Below, piece by piece: positions 39,399-50,678 of a stretch of DNA of 64,000 bases (positions are counted from its first letter, which is position 1; the number at the start of each line of letters is the position of its first letter). Position numbers and translations under genes: made by a program. Source of the stretch: Kiritimatiellia bacterium (GTDB lineage Bacteria > Verrucomicrobiota > Kiritimatiellia > RFP12 > UBA1067); NCBI GenBank assembly GCA_017447805.1, contig JAFSMR010000039.1, positions 33,865-97,864 of the forward strand, written 5' to 3'. Under the pieces are notes generated by a model that was not told the origin of the DNA, ran no database searches, and saw only the letters and a list, made by a program, of their open reading frames with translations.

Positions 39399-41771
39399 TT
39401 ACCTGGAATAGAATTTCCAGTCTCTTATCCTGCCTACCGCATTGACTTGACGTGGCGTATAGCGAAAGCCGCATATTTCGACTTTTTCCTGAGAATAAAA
39501 CTCTATCCAATGCGGCAACTCTCTCGATGATGTAATCCAAAACGCCTCGATTTGCCCGTCAATCGCGTTTTCGGCTACGCCATCCTCTCGAATCTCCTCC
39601 TCTGAATCTACGCCCGAAACGAGAAGATCAAGCGAAGTAATCGGGTTGCCCTCCTTATCAAGAAAATCGAATTCCGCAATGGAAGCGAGGTTCTTTCTAT
39701 CGTAAGTGGAGCAAGCTTCTAGCGTAAAGAAGTTGCCACGAACAGGTTTATCGAACATAACGACCGCAGCTTCATCGCCTGGCGAGAATGTTCCAGAAGC
39801 TACTAGCGCGCCACCTTTCATCTTATCGCTCCAACGTTGCTTCTGGTTGAAGTCGGTCTCGAGATTCAGCACATCGAGAATAGGATGGTCGAGAAACGCA
39901 ACCTCGCGCTTCTGGCGCGGACCAAAGAAATCCAAGACCAATATATCATTTCTTCCTTTATGCAGCCAGCACCCGGGAACATACAATGTCTGCTGCGGGC
40001 CGATTGACCAGAAACGCCCTATATTACGACCATTGATCCAAAGGACGCCTTTCGTCCAGCCGCTCATATCAATCCAAGTATCTGCCGGATTTTCATCTGA
40101 AATACTCAGTACGCCAGCATAGAAAGAAGGGTAATCCTCATCGCTCCTCGGATGGGAATCCTCAAGTTTCATCCAGTCGCCTAAATCGAATAAATTATAG
40201 TCTGGGTCGAAAGGCATCATCTTTGCAGTCCAACCATCGGAAATATTCGTGCGGTCGAGTCTTACTCTGCCGCTCATGCCCTTTCTATCTTCCATGCCGG
40301 TGGAAGAATTGATTCTACCCATTGCTTCTACTATAATCTGCAACTTGCGCGTCTTGCCCTCTTTCGAGCGATATATCCTCGGCTTGATTCCCCTATGACG
40401 CCTGTCGAGAGTTCCAATTCTCGCGCCGTCAATAAAGACATAGCCGAAATCGTGCAAATCATCGACATTCAAAACGCCGCCTTCATTGGGTTTAAGCTCT
40501 CTTTCGTAACTCACAAGGCCAAAACCCTGATCGAGTTTTTCCATAAATTCCGGCCCGTTCTCAAGTTTGATTTCTCTCGCTACGAGCGCGTCGACAGGTG
40601 CAATTCTCTCTAATCTCACGCGTCCATAATCTTTAACCGGGATTGGCTCTGGTATCTCGATTACTTCTTCACCTTCATTCAATTTCTTCTTCGCCCTATC
40701 GCGATATTTTGCGAAGGAAGGGTTCGCCCTCCCCTGCTCGGATATGGGAGCTTCGAAATCATAGCTTGTTACATTCGGAACGAATGGATTTCGGCATCCA
40801 GTCCAGCCGCCAAAGCTCGTTCCGCCATGTGCCATATACAGAGAAAAAGATACGTTATTGGCAAACATCCAATCTATAGGCCCGAAAAATTCGCGGTCGC
40901 TCTTCGCATAATGGTGCGCCTGCCCCCACGTATCGAACCAGGCGGGATAATACTCTGCACACATCAGCGGACCATTCGGCTGCCATTCTCGTATAATTTG
41001 GAATCTCTGCTCTGGTTCCGCGCCGAAATTCGCAGCCTGGAAAAGCTCAGGCACAAATCCGTTTTGTATAACTCTGGGTGGATTGCAAACATAAAGAGGA
41101 ACATCGAATCCCGCGGCGATTGTCGCCTCGCGAAGCGCCTTGATATATTCTACGTCATTTCCGTGAAGACCATATTCATTTTCGACCTGGACCATAAGAA
41201 TCGGCCCGCCTTTGGTAATCTGCAATCCGCCGAGCTCTTTGCCGACTTCCGTAATCCATTCCTTCGCAGGTTCCAACCATTTAGGGTCGCTTGAGCGCAT
41301 CGAAATCTTATCATCCTTCAAAAGCCACCACGGGGCGCCGCCGCCCTCCCATTCCGCGCACGAATACGGCCCAGGACGCAATATGACCCAGAGACCTTCC
41401 TCTTGCGCTATACGGCAAAACTCCGCGGCATCCGCATTCCCCTTCCAATTGTAGACGCCAGGTGCTCTTTCATGATAATTCCAAAACATATAGCAACCAA
41501 CCGCATTGCACCCCATGGCACGAAGCATCTTGAGCCTATGGCGCCAATATTCACTCGGAATTCGCGCATAGTGTATTTCACCGCACCTTATGAGGAAAGG
41601 CTTGCCATCCAAAAGGAAAGCGTCTTTTTCATACGAAAGCTCGAATGTATGCGCCGCTTTGGGCACATTTTCAACTGCGCTTTCTGGCTCTTGGGGCTTT
41701 GGTTCTTTGGCAATTGCCACTTGAGCTACTATTGCGAATATCGCGGCGTATATAAAAGAACTGATTTTCAT
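39399..41771 (-). CDS. GH35 beta-galactosidase with a C-terminal discoidin-like domain
   Basis: The VQVENEYG catalytic block. Start set at MKISSFIYAAIFAIVAQVAIA (signal peptide), 6 nt after the -10. The ORF track extends to 41798. Confidence 0.85.
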   Translation of the reverse strand: MKISSFIYAAIFAIVAQVAIAKEPKPQEPESAVENVPKAAHTFELSYEKDAFLLDGKPFLIRCGEIHYARIPSEYWRHRLKMLRAMGCNAVGCYMFWNYHERAPGVYNWKGNADAAEFCRIAQEEGLWVILRPGPYSCAEWEGGGAPWWLLKDDKISMRSSDPKWLEPAKEWITEVGKELGGLQITKGGPILMVQVENEYGLHGNDVEYIKALREATIAAGFDVPLYVCNPPRVIQNGFVPELFQAANFGAEPEQRFQIIREWQPNGPLMCAEYYPAWFDTWGQAHHYAKSDREFFGPIDWMFANNVSFSLYMAHGGTSFGGWTGCRNPFVPNVTSYDFEAPISEQGRANPSFAKYRDRAKKKLNEGEEVIEIPEPIPVKDYGRVRLERIAPVDALVAREIKLENGPEFMEKLDQGFGLVSYERELKPNEGGVLNVDDLHDFGYVFIDGARIGTLDRRHRGIKPRIYRSKEGKTRKLQIIVEAMGRINSSTGMEDRKGMSGRVRLDRTNISDGWTAKMMPFDPDYNLFDLGDWMKLEDSHPRSDEDYPSFYAGVLSISDENPADTWIDMSGWTKGVLWINGRNIGRFWSIGPQQTLYVPGCWLHKGRNDILVLDFFGPRQKREVAFLDHPILDVLNLETDFNQKQRWSDKMKGGALVASGTFSPGDEAAVVMFDKPVRGNFFTLEACSTYDRKNLASIAEFDFLDKEGNPITSLDLLVSGVDSEEEIREDGVAENAIDGQIEAFWITSSRELPHWIEFYSQEKVEICGFRYTPRQVNAVGRIRDWKFYSR

Positions 41772-41777
41772 GCGGGA

Positions 41778-41814
41778 ATTATAGCATATTTTTCTCATTT
41801 GGTCTAGTACCCCC
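41778..41814 (-). promoter_or_regulatory. GH35 promoter (leaderless)
   Basis: On the minus strand: GGGGGTAC-TAGACC, 17 nt spacer, TGCTATAAT, then 6 nt to the ATG at 41771. Confidence 0.55.
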
Positions 41815-41843
41815 TAGACTAGTATAAGCAAATATGCTATAAT
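41810..41843 (+). promoter_or_regulatory. rsfS promoter (leaderless), back-to-back with the GH35 promoter
   Basis: CCCCC-TAGACT, 17 nt spacer, TGCTATAAT (41835-41843), then 6 nt to the ATG at 41850. It shares the C5/G5 tract with the divergent promoter. Confidence 0.55.
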
Positions 41844-41849
41844 ACCCTC

Positions 41850-42167
41850 ATGACTTCACAAGAACAGGCACAGGCCCTAGCTAAAGCATTGGAAGAGCGC
41901 AAGGGCGTAGATATCAAAATTTACGATGTGAGGGGCAAAAGCCCTCTCACGGATTTCTTCGTAGTCGCGACAGGGTCGGCCGCGCCGCATCTCAAGGCGC
42001 TTGTCGCAGAATCGCAAGCTGCGATGAAAGAACTCGGCATCATGAGCCATAGAACAAGCGGCGATCCGGAAAGCGGTTGGATAGTTGTTGACTATATCGA
42101 TGTAGTCGTTCATGTGTTTTCACCGGAAGCGCGCGCCTATTACGCCCTCGAACGTCTTTGGGCCTAA
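41850..42167 (+). CDS. rsfS: Ribosomal silencing factor RsfS
   Basis: 105 aa, iojap-like (DFFVVATG, WIVVDYIDVVVHVF). Confidence 0.9.
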   Translation: MTSQEQAQALAKALEERKGVDIKIYDVRGKSPLTDFFVVATGSAAPHLKALVAESQAAMKELGIMSHRTSGDPESGWIVVDYIDVVVHVFSPEARAYYALERLWA

Positions 42168-44606
42168 GTGAAAAATTTCCTCTCGCCTCTTCTGAGCCTA
42201 GCGCTCGCTTTTTTTCTATCGCCTTATTCCAAAGGCGAATCTGTCGAGTCGTCCCAACCACCCAGCAATGCGGATATCCAACAATCCGACGATCAGGCCA
42301 CCCGACCACCAGTCCCCGTAAGCTTTCTCTTTTGCTACAATCCCGACCGCCCAGAAGAGCCTGCAACAAAACGCATTCTCGCGCTTGCGAAAGATACTCC
42401 CGAGCTGCTGCCTTCGAAATGGGGCGGGCTCGTGCTGCCTGGCGCCGGAGGTCGCGCTACATTTATGCTGGCGCTTGCAGGCGGCAGTGCGCCAGATATC
42501 TACAAGGCGTGGTTTCATATCCTCCGCCACGATATTTCACAAGGGTTTGTCTATCCCCTGGATGAATGGGTCGCTCCTCTCCCAGAAGAAACCGCATCTC
42601 GCGACCTATGGGACCATGTGCGCTCATTCAATGGCCATGTCTGGGCGCTCCCGACCCCCGGATGCTCGTATTATGGTATTATTTATCGCAAAGATTTTGT
42701 GCGCGAAGCAGGGCTAGACCCGGAATCGCCTCCTGCTACTTGGAGCGAATTCAGCGACTGGTGCGAACACCTCACGGTAAAAGGACGTCTCGCCTTCGCG
42801 ATAGAAAACCGTCCATGGGGATTTCTGCCGTGGGTGCAATCTGCTGGCGGCGACGTAATTACACAAGATGAAAATGGGAAATGGAAAGCTTCTTTCGATT
42901 CTGAAGAAGCCGTTGCCGCGGCTGAATATCTGCAATCGCTTGTCCAAAAGGGCGTGGTAAGAGGCTTGCCGACGCTTTCTATCGCCGATGAAGTAGGCCA
43001 GCTTTTCGCATCAGGTGAAATAGCGGCAGTATTCGGCGGTGAAGATTTGGTTTTGCGTCTAACAGAAACGCTAAACTTCCCGCCGGAGCTAATCGGAATA
43101 ATGCCATTCCCGGCGCGCGACGCTAAAGGCATGCAAGTTCTTCAGGCTCACCGTCACTTCTACGCAATGAGCGAATCAGTGGCGCACCGTCCCAAACACG
43201 AGCGCGATATGGTTTGGCGCTGTCTTCAGGCTCTCGCCTCGAATGAACTTGCCGATGAAGATATTCACCGCAATGTGGCCGAGGGACGCGCCATGTGGTG
43301 CAAACCTACCGACTTGAAACGCCTTGGCTATGAAGAAGAGCTTGCCCTCGTCCCGCAAGGAATTCGCGAAATGTATTCGAAGCTGGAACGCGGCGAAATC
43401 AAAGCGGTAACCGAGCCTTGGGTAGGCTTTTGGCAGGCTGCGAGCGACTTGGTGCAGCGTAGATTTTTAGGAATACTTCTTTCCGATTCCGGCGCAACGA
43501 TGAATTGCCGCGAAGCGCTTGAAACGATAAATGCCGATGCGAATAGAGGCCTGATGTTCGATTCGGATATCTCGCGAATCGAAAAGGCGCGTCCCCTCGC
43601 CCGCACGATTTTCGGTATTGTAATCGCTTGTATTCTAGCCTCTTGGCTGATTATCCTTAAATCCGGCTCGCGAGAATGCGATAATCGCAAAAAAGAAGAT
43701 TCCGGCAATATCGGGCGCGGCAAATCGTTCCTCCGCGCCATTGCGCCTTGGCTGTTTCTCGCGCCGGCTATTCTTTCCATCCTCCTATGGAGCTACTACC
43801 CGCTTTTCAAAGGCGCAATTATGGCTTTTCAAGATTATCGCATCGTGGGCCAAAGCTCCTGGGCGGGACTCGATAATTTTATTCGCGTCTCGACCGACCC
43901 TGGTTTTTGGGCGGCGTGGGGGAGGACATTCGAATATGTCGCAATTACATTGGCGCTAGGCTTCATTACCCCGATTATCCTTGCGGTAATGCTTTGTGAA
44001 ATTCCCCGCGGCAAAGTATTTTTCCGCTTTCTATACTTCCTCCCACATCTCACAAGCGCGCTTGTAGTTACTCTTCTTTGGAAGCTGATGTTCGACCCGA
44101 CGGAAAACGGAATCCTCAACAAAATTCTCGCGACGATCGGAATTGCGCGCCATTCATGGCTCCTCGATCCCGATTGGGCGATGGTCTGTTGCATTCTTCC
44201 CGGCGTATGGGCAGGCGCCGGCATAAGCTCGCTCATATATATCGCGGCGCTCTCGAGTCTGCCGCAAGACTACTACGAAGCCGCAGCAATAGATGGAGCT
44301 GGCTTCCTCGCGCGCCTTCGCCATGTTACCCTTCCACAGCTCGCGCCTCTCATGGTCATCAACTTCGTCGGCGCCTTTATCGCCGCCTTCCAAGGAATGG
44401 GCAGCATATTCCTTCTTACTTTCGGTGGCCCCGGCGACGCGACCCAAGTGCTATCTCTGCAAATATGGAAAGAAGCCTATAATAACCTGCGCTTTTCAAC
44501 AGCTACCACTATGGCGTGGTATCTAGGTATAGCGCTAATCGCCTTCACCTACCTGCAAATCCGCTTCTTGAGGCGTGTAGAATTCCGCCGCGCAGAAGCG
44601 AAATGA
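42168..44606 (+). CDS. Fused ABC sugar transporter: periplasmic solute-binding domain plus MalF/UgpA-type permease
   Basis: 812 aa. Signal peptide and family-1 SBP-like region (about 1-450), then a 6-TM permease with the EAA motif (YEAAAIDGAGFLARLRHVTLPQL). GTG start directly after the rsfS stop. Confidence 0.75.
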   Translation: MKNFLSPLLSLALAFFLSPYSKGESVESSQPPSNADIQQSDDQATRPPVPVSFLFCYNPDRPEEPATKRILALAKDTPELLPSKWGGLVLPGAGGRATFMLALAGGSAPDIYKAWFHILRHDISQGFVYPLDEWVAPLPEETASRDLWDHVRSFNGHVWALPTPGCSYYGIIYRKDFVREAGLDPESPPATWSEFSDWCEHLTVKGRLAFAIENRPWGFLPWVQSAGGDVITQDENGKWKASFDSEEAVAAAEYLQSLVQKGVVRGLPTLSIADEVGQLFASGEIAAVFGGEDLVLRLTETLNFPPELIGIMPFPARDAKGMQVLQAHRHFYAMSESVAHRPKHERDMVWRCLQALASNELADEDIHRNVAEGRAMWCKPTDLKRLGYEEELALVPQGIREMYSKLERGEIKAVTEPWVGFWQAASDLVQRRFLGILLSDSGATMNCREALETINADANRGLMFDSDISRIEKARPLARTIFGIVIACILASWLIILKSGSRECDNRKKEDSGNIGRGKSFLRAIAPWLFLAPAILSILLWSYYPLFKGAIMAFQDYRIVGQSSWAGLDNFIRVSTDPGFWAAWGRTFEYVAITLALGFITPIILAVMLCEIPRGKVFFRFLYFLPHLTSALVVTLLWKLMFDPTENGILNKILATIGIARHSWLLDPDWAMVCCILPGVWAGAGISSLIYIAALSSLPQDYYEAAAIDGAGFLARLRHVTLPQLAPLMVINFVGAFIAAFQGMGSIFLLTFGGPGDATQVLSLQIWKEAYNNLRFSTATTMAWYLGIALIAFTYLQIRFLRRVEFRRAEAK

Positions 44607-44645
44607 TGAAACTCGCCGTTTCATCCAAAGCAGAAATATTAAATT

Positions 44646-44680
44646 CCCCCATTGACCGCGCCCAGCCAATATGATAAAAT
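44646..44680 (+). promoter_or_regulatory. eno promoter
   Basis: CCCCC-A-TTGACC, 17 nt spacer, TGATAAAAT, followed by a leader of about 60 nt with AAGGAA before the ATG at 44745. Confidence 0.55.
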
Positions 44681-44711
44681 TCACACTAATCAAATCCCGG
44701 CGGAGGCGTAA

Positions 44712-46025
<1,314 letters not shown>

Positions 46026-46068
46026 AAGGAATTTTTCCATGAACCTGGCATGACCTAGCATGCCGAGA

Positions 46069-46106
46069 TAAAAAATCCGGGTGGCTTCCCCACCCCGGAT
46101 TTTTTA
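46069..46106. terminator. Bidirectional rho-independent terminator between convergent eno and the radical SAM gene
   Basis: AAAAAA-TCCGGGTGG-cttcc-CCACCCCGGA-TTTTTT. Confidence 0.8.
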
Positions 46107-46152
46107 ATGACGAATTCGAATGACGAATGGCGGCCGCCCCGCCGCAGGCGCC

Positions 46153-47025
46153 CTAGCCAACTACCCCATGCTCAGGGCGCATATTTTCGCCTAAGAGCGC
46201 AAGTTTCGGGTCTGAAGAAGAATAATCTTGTATCCAACCATTTTCAAAGCCAAAATCCGCCGCGGCTTCACATACGCTTTCATATTCTTCATGCGTAATA
46301 GCTCTATCTAACGGCGGCAGATTTTTAGCCATGTAAGCTGGCGTATATTGACTCATTATCGAAACTGGAATTTCATTCGATAAATCCGTAGCGATCCACG
46401 CTAGATTTTCTATCGCTTCATCCGCAAGGCCCGGCAACACGAGTATTCTGACGATTAGCTTCGTGTTCTCGTAAGCCCATTTGACGGCGCTTCTCGCATT
46501 TTCCACATAATCCGGAGCGAAAGAATATTTTTTTGCACTATCTCGAGAAGAATATCTCAAATCGAAAAGTGCCCAATCGCAAAATTCGCGATATTCTTCT
46601 AGCGTTTCCACTCTTTCATATCCCGAAGAATTCCATACGAAAGGCAATCGTATATTTTCTTCCTTAAGCTTTTCTGCGGCCTCGCGGATAAAGCCGAGAT
46701 ATGGCGTAGGCGATACGAGATTCCAATTTTCTACCATATCCTTAAGCGCCAAATCGCGCATAATGGCGACTAATTCTTCAATGCTCTTATCTGTCCCTTC
46801 GCCCTTCCAGCTCCACGGCGAATTTTGACAATATACGCATTTCATCGTGCAGCGCGAAAAGAAGATGCACCCAGACCCCTTCTCGCCTGCAATCGGAGGT
46901 TCCTCGCCAAAATGCGGTCCCCAGCGAAATAACCTTACTTTATCTCCTGCGCCGCAAAAGCCCGCGCTATGGAGTCTATCGACTTTACATCTTCTCGGAC
47001 ACAGCTCGCAGCGCTCAAGATTCAT
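46153..47025 (-). CDS. Radical SAM protein, PflX-like (putative glycyl-radical-enzyme activase family)
   Basis: 290 aa with an N-terminal CxxCxxxC...C cluster (CELCPRRC) and the canonical CTMKCVYC. Confidence 0.75.
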   Translation of the reverse strand: MNLERCELCPRRCKVDRLHSAGFCGAGDKVRLFRWGPHFGEEPPIAGEKGSGCIFFSRCTMKCVYCQNSPWSWKGEGTDKSIEELVAIMRDLALKDMVENWNLVSPTPYLGFIREAAEKLKEENIRLPFVWNSSGYERVETLEEYREFCDWALFDLRYSSRDSAKKYSFAPDYVENARSAVKWAYENTKLIVRILVLPGLADEAIENLAWIATDLSNEIPVSIMSQYTPAYMAKNLPPLDRAITHEEYESVCEAAADFGFENGWIQDYSSSDPKLALLGENMRPEHGVVG

Positions 47026-48044
47026 TTTTCGGATTTCTTCGCCTTGAGTTTAATTTCAATCGGGATAAACTTATCGGGATTCTCAGCTCTTTCGATAATT
47101 TTATCGGCATATTCCTCTGAATACCAACGATCTGTTTCGGTCCTATCGCGCCGCGCATTGTAACGCTGAAGCGCGCGTGGCCAACCATCGAAAAATCCGG
47201 CGGGTCTTTCCTTCGCGGGTCTCGCAGAAGCGCCGAAGCCCTTGCGCGATAAATACATAATCGCGGCTTTCACATTGTTTGTTACATTCCCTTCATTGCG
47301 CTTCAGCGGCTTCGTTAGCCCCACTAGCTCCTTCTCCCGCCCCCAATCGCCGGGAACGTTTACCTGCAAGGGGTCGGCGAGCCATGCGGCTTTCGATCGC
47401 GGACCATTCCCGCCAGATTCTTCGATCATGTGCGACTTCACGAGTTCCGGCTTTATATCGGCGATTTTCGCGGCTTGCTCGGGAAGTCCCCCGCACCAAG
47501 TCGCTTTATTCGCATTGAAATCATTTGTCATCTTGATGATCAATTCATCGTGCACCTGATAGCGAGCATCCTCGAATCCGCGGAACACCGCGAGCTTTCC
47601 ATTTGCGCCATTTGTGCTGCGAGGCGAAGGAGGTAATTCATTTATCCCTTGAGCGGCAAGAAATGGTTCGATTACATGCTTAAGGAAGAATGCTTCCATT
47701 ACTTTAATACGCTCAAGCTCCTGATCTGTGACGAATCGGCGATCGATATATAATTCACCCCATTCATCGAACAAAAAATTGCCGGCTCCCCCGGTATTGA
47801 TTGTGTATTTCAGCGCGGCGGTCGAAGGCGGGACTTCCGCTATGCCCTTCTTCGCCAACTCCGCTGCATGCGCGGCTTCGCGCTGGCGGGCTTTTGCGGA
47901 AATATCGATTGCCTCGAGAGCAAGCGGAATTCCTTCCATCAAAGCCGCGGCGTCAAGACTAAGCCCCGTTAAATTCACACCCGCCGATTGGGCGGGGTGT
48001 GAAATCAGTAACGCGAGCGCGAGAATAATTAATAATTTCTTCAT
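47022..48044 (-). CDS. Hypothetical exported protein (weak SLT-like E-S...PLQV block)
   Basis: 340 aa with signal peptide MKKLLIILALALLISHPAQSA. Overlaps the downstream start by 4 nt. Confidence 0.55.
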   Translation of the reverse strand: MKKLLIILALALLISHPAQSAGVNLTGLSLDAAALMEGIPLALEAIDISAKARQREAAHAAELAKKGIAEVPPSTAALKYTINTGGAGNFLFDEWGELYIDRRFVTDQELERIKVMEAFFLKHVIEPFLAAQGINELPPSPRSTNGANGKLAVFRGFEDARYQVHDELIIKMTNDFNANKATWCGGLPEQAAKIADIKPELVKSHMIEESGGNGPRSKAAWLADPLQVNVPGDWGREKELVGLTKPLKRNEGNVTNNVKAAIMYLSRKGFGASARPAKERPAGFFDGWPRALQRYNARRDRTETDRWYSEEYADKIIERAENPDKFIPIEIKLKAKKSEK

Positions 48045-48050
48045 TATTAA

Positions 48051-50636
48051 TTATTCCTGCGGCGTCTCTTCGCTAGCTTGCTTCGGAGCGTTTTCTTCAG
48101 GCGCAGAAGCGGTTTCGGGTGCGTTTTCGGTTGCACCCCCCGCCCCGCCTTGCTCATCGACCTCTTCGCTTGCGCATACCGAAACAGATACGAGCTTTGC
48201 GCCTTCTGCGAGCCTGACGAGCTTCACGCCCTTTGCATAGCGGCTGTAGACCGTAAATTGCGAAACGGGACTGCGCACCATCTGCTGATCGCTGGTAATC
48301 GAAATTACGCTTTCATCGTCAGATACCGCATGCGCCGCGACTACTTCGCCATTCTTTTCGGCAATCTTGATTGCGATCGTGCCTACTCCGCCGCGCGCGT
48401 GCCTCGTGAATTCCTTGAATTCGCAACGCTTGCCATAACCGTTTTCAGTAGCGAGAAAGAGGGTCTTTTCATCATCGACCGCGTCCAACGAAACTACTAC
48501 ATCATCATCGCGTAGCCTAATGCCGCGAACGCCCGTAGCCGTTCTGCCCATACGCCTTACGTCGCTTGATGCAAAGCGCATCGCGCGCCCAAGGCGCGTG
48601 AACATGATAATATCATCATCCGGCATTACGATTCTTACATCAACTAGCTCATCGCCTTCATCGATATTGAGAGCCCTCTTGCCGCTCTTGTTGACGGTCG
48701 ATAGTTCCGTAAGCTGCGTCTTCTTTACCGTACCCCTCTTAGTCGCGAAGAATACATCCATATCTTCCGTTATTTCACGAATCGGCAATAGTTCGAGAAC
48801 CTGCTCGCCTTCCTGAAGTTCGAGGAAATTGATCAACGGTCTTCCAAAGCCCGTCCTTGCGCCTTCGGGAATCTGATAAGCTTCTTTCTTGAAGAGGCGG
48901 CCCGTATTCGTGAAGAACAAAAGCGAATCGTGAGTCTGCGCAACGAATACTTGACGGATGAAATCTTCTTCCTTGACCTGCGCGCCCTTTACGCCAACGC
49001 CGCCACGATTCTGCTGACGATATTCGGTAAGCGCGACGCGCTTGATATATCCACGGTTCGAAAGAGTAATTACGCAAGGTTCGTCTGGAATCAAATCCTT
49101 TATCGAAACTTCGTTTTCGTCTGCGACGATCTCGGTGCGGCGCGCGGCATCCGCCTTGACGCAATAGCGCGCCTTGATATCGGCGAGGTCTTGACGGATA
49201 ATCGCGTATACCTCGTTCGCATCGGCCAAAATCGCCTCGAGTCGCGCGATTTCCGCAATGAGCTTGGCCATTTCGTCCGTGAGTTTATCTCTCTCTAGCC
49301 CCGTCAGCTGATAGAGGCGCATTTCAAGAATCGCATTTACCTGCAAATCGCTGAATCCAAAGCGCGCTACTAGCCTTGCCTTCGCTTCATCGCGGTTTTG
49401 CGAAGAGCGTATAATCGAAACTACTTCATCGAGATTGTCGATAGCGAGCAGCAACCCGTCGAGAATATGCTTTCTCGCCTGCGCTTTTTTGAGCTCGAAA
49501 CGCGTGCGGCGGGTAATTACTTCGAACCGATGGTCGGTATACGCGCGGAAGAAATCTTTCAAGTTTAGAATCTTCGGCCGTCCGCCATCGATCGCGAGCA
49601 TTATGGCGCCAAATGTCGATTGTAGAGGCGTGTGCTTGTAGAGATGGTTTAGTACTACCTCCGCCATTGCATCACGCTTTACCTCGACTACTATTCTGAT
49701 ATCCGCCTTCGATTCATCGCGTATATCGCTTATGCCGGGGATAATCTTTTCCTTGACCAAATCAGCGGCCCGCTTGATCATTTCGGCCTTGTTTACGCCA
49801 TAAGGAATTTCCGTTATGATAATGCGCTCGCGACCGTTCTGCAAATGCTCGATTGTCGCCTTGCCGCGCACGGTAAGCTGTCCTCGCCCGAATTTGTACA
49901 TGGAAGCAATCCCGTTATATCCGCAAATCTGCGCGCCGGTCGGGAAATCAGGACCCTTTACATAGCGCATCAAATCTTCTACCGTGCAGCTTTCGCGATT
50001 CTGGATATAATAATCTATACCGTCGCAAAGTTCCCCGAGATTGTGCGGCGGAATATTCGTCGCCATGCCTACTGCGATACCTTGCGTTCCGTTCAAAAGG
50101 AGATTCGGCAATTTCGCCGGCAAAACGGTCGGCTCCTCGGTAGTCTCGTCGTAGTTTGGAGCCATATCGACAGTATCTTTTTCGAGATCTCCCAAAAGCT
50201 CCTCGGTGACCCTCTGCATCCTTACTTCGGTATAACGCATCGCCGCCGCGCCATCGCCATCTATCGAGCCAAAGTTGCCGTGGCCATCCACAAGCGGAAC
50301 TCTCAGCGAAAACGGCTGCGCCATTCGCACAATCGTATCATACACCGCCGTATCGCCATGCGGGTGATACTTACCGATTACATCGCCTACGATACGCGCA
50401 GATTTCAAGTGCTTCGTATTCCACGTATTGCCCAATTTGTGCATCGCATATAGACAGCGCCTATGCACAGGTTTTAGGCCGTCGCGCACATCCGGTAGCG
50501 CGCGCCCGATGATTACGCTCATCGAATAATCGATGTAATCCCTAGAAAGCTCTTCCTCTATGCTTACATTCTCTAATGTACCGGCAATGGACTCATCCAA
50601 TGCTTCATTCTTGTCGACATTATCTTCTTCGCTCAT
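48051..50636 (-). CDS. gyrA: DNA gyrase subunit A
   Basis: 861 aa (AMRYTE active-site Tyr, [21 protein letters not shown]) with an acidic C-terminal tail. Confidence 0.97.
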   Translation of the reverse strand: MSEEDNVDKNEALDESIAGTLENVSIEEELSRDYIDYSMSVIIGRALPDVRDGLKPVHRRCLYAMHKLGNTWNTKHLKSARIVGDVIGKYHPHGDTAVYDTIVRMAQPFSLRVPLVDGHGNFGSIDGDGAAAMRYTEVRMQRVTEELLGDLEKDTVDMAPNYDETTEEPTVLPAKLPNLLLNGTQGIAVGMATNIPPHNLGELCDGIDYYIQNRESCTVEDLMRYVKGPDFPTGAQICGYNGIASMYKFGRGQLTVRGKATIEHLQNGRERIIITEIPYGVNKAEMIKRAADLVKEKIIPGISDIRDESKADIRIVVEVKRDAMAEVVLNHLYKHTPLQSTFGAIMLAIDGGRPKILNLKDFFRAYTDHRFEVITRRTRFELKKAQARKHILDGLLLAIDNLDEVVSIIRSSQNRDEAKARLVARFGFSDLQVNAILEMRLYQLTGLERDKLTDEMAKLIAEIARLEAILADANEVYAIIRQDLADIKARYCVKADAARRTEIVADENEVSIKDLIPDEPCVITLSNRGYIKRVALTEYRQQNRGGVGVKGAQVKEEDFIRQVFVAQTHDSLLFFTNTGRLFKKEAYQIPEGARTGFGRPLINFLELQEGEQVLELLPIREITEDMDVFFATKRGTVKKTQLTELSTVNKSGKRALNIDEGDELVDVRIVMPDDDIIMFTRLGRAMRFASSDVRRMGRTATGVRGIRLRDDDVVVSLDAVDDEKTLFLATENGYGKRCEFKEFTRHARGGVGTIAIKIAEKNGEVVAAHAVSDDESVISITSDQQMVRSPVSQFTVYSRYAKGVKLVRLAEGAKLVSVSVCASEEVDEQGGAGGATENAPETASAPEENAPKQASEETPQE

Positions 50637-50644
50637 ACCCTTAT

Positions 50645-50678
50645 ATTATACCATATTTTCCCCTTCCGGTCTACCCCC
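50645..50678 (-). promoter_or_regulatory. gyrA promoter (near-leaderless)
   Basis: On the minus strand: GGGGG-TAGACC, 17 nt spacer, TGGTATAAT, then 8 nt to the ATG at 50636. Confidence 0.55.

Noticed and set aside
41772-41798. Longer start for the GH35 gene (MRKICYNSR...). The same issue applies at 25111-25137 for ddl and 6224-6250 for the nifU-like gene.
   Set aside because: In each case a well-formed -10 or extended -10 box lies inside or directly against the extension. The downstream Met also gives a proper signal peptide or a conserved N-terminus.
50390-50440. Quinolone-resistance substitution in the GyrA QRDR
   Set aside because: The motif [10 protein letters not shown] has Thr at the Ser83-equivalent position. 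This is the wild-type residue in several susceptible species and is not evidence of resistance.
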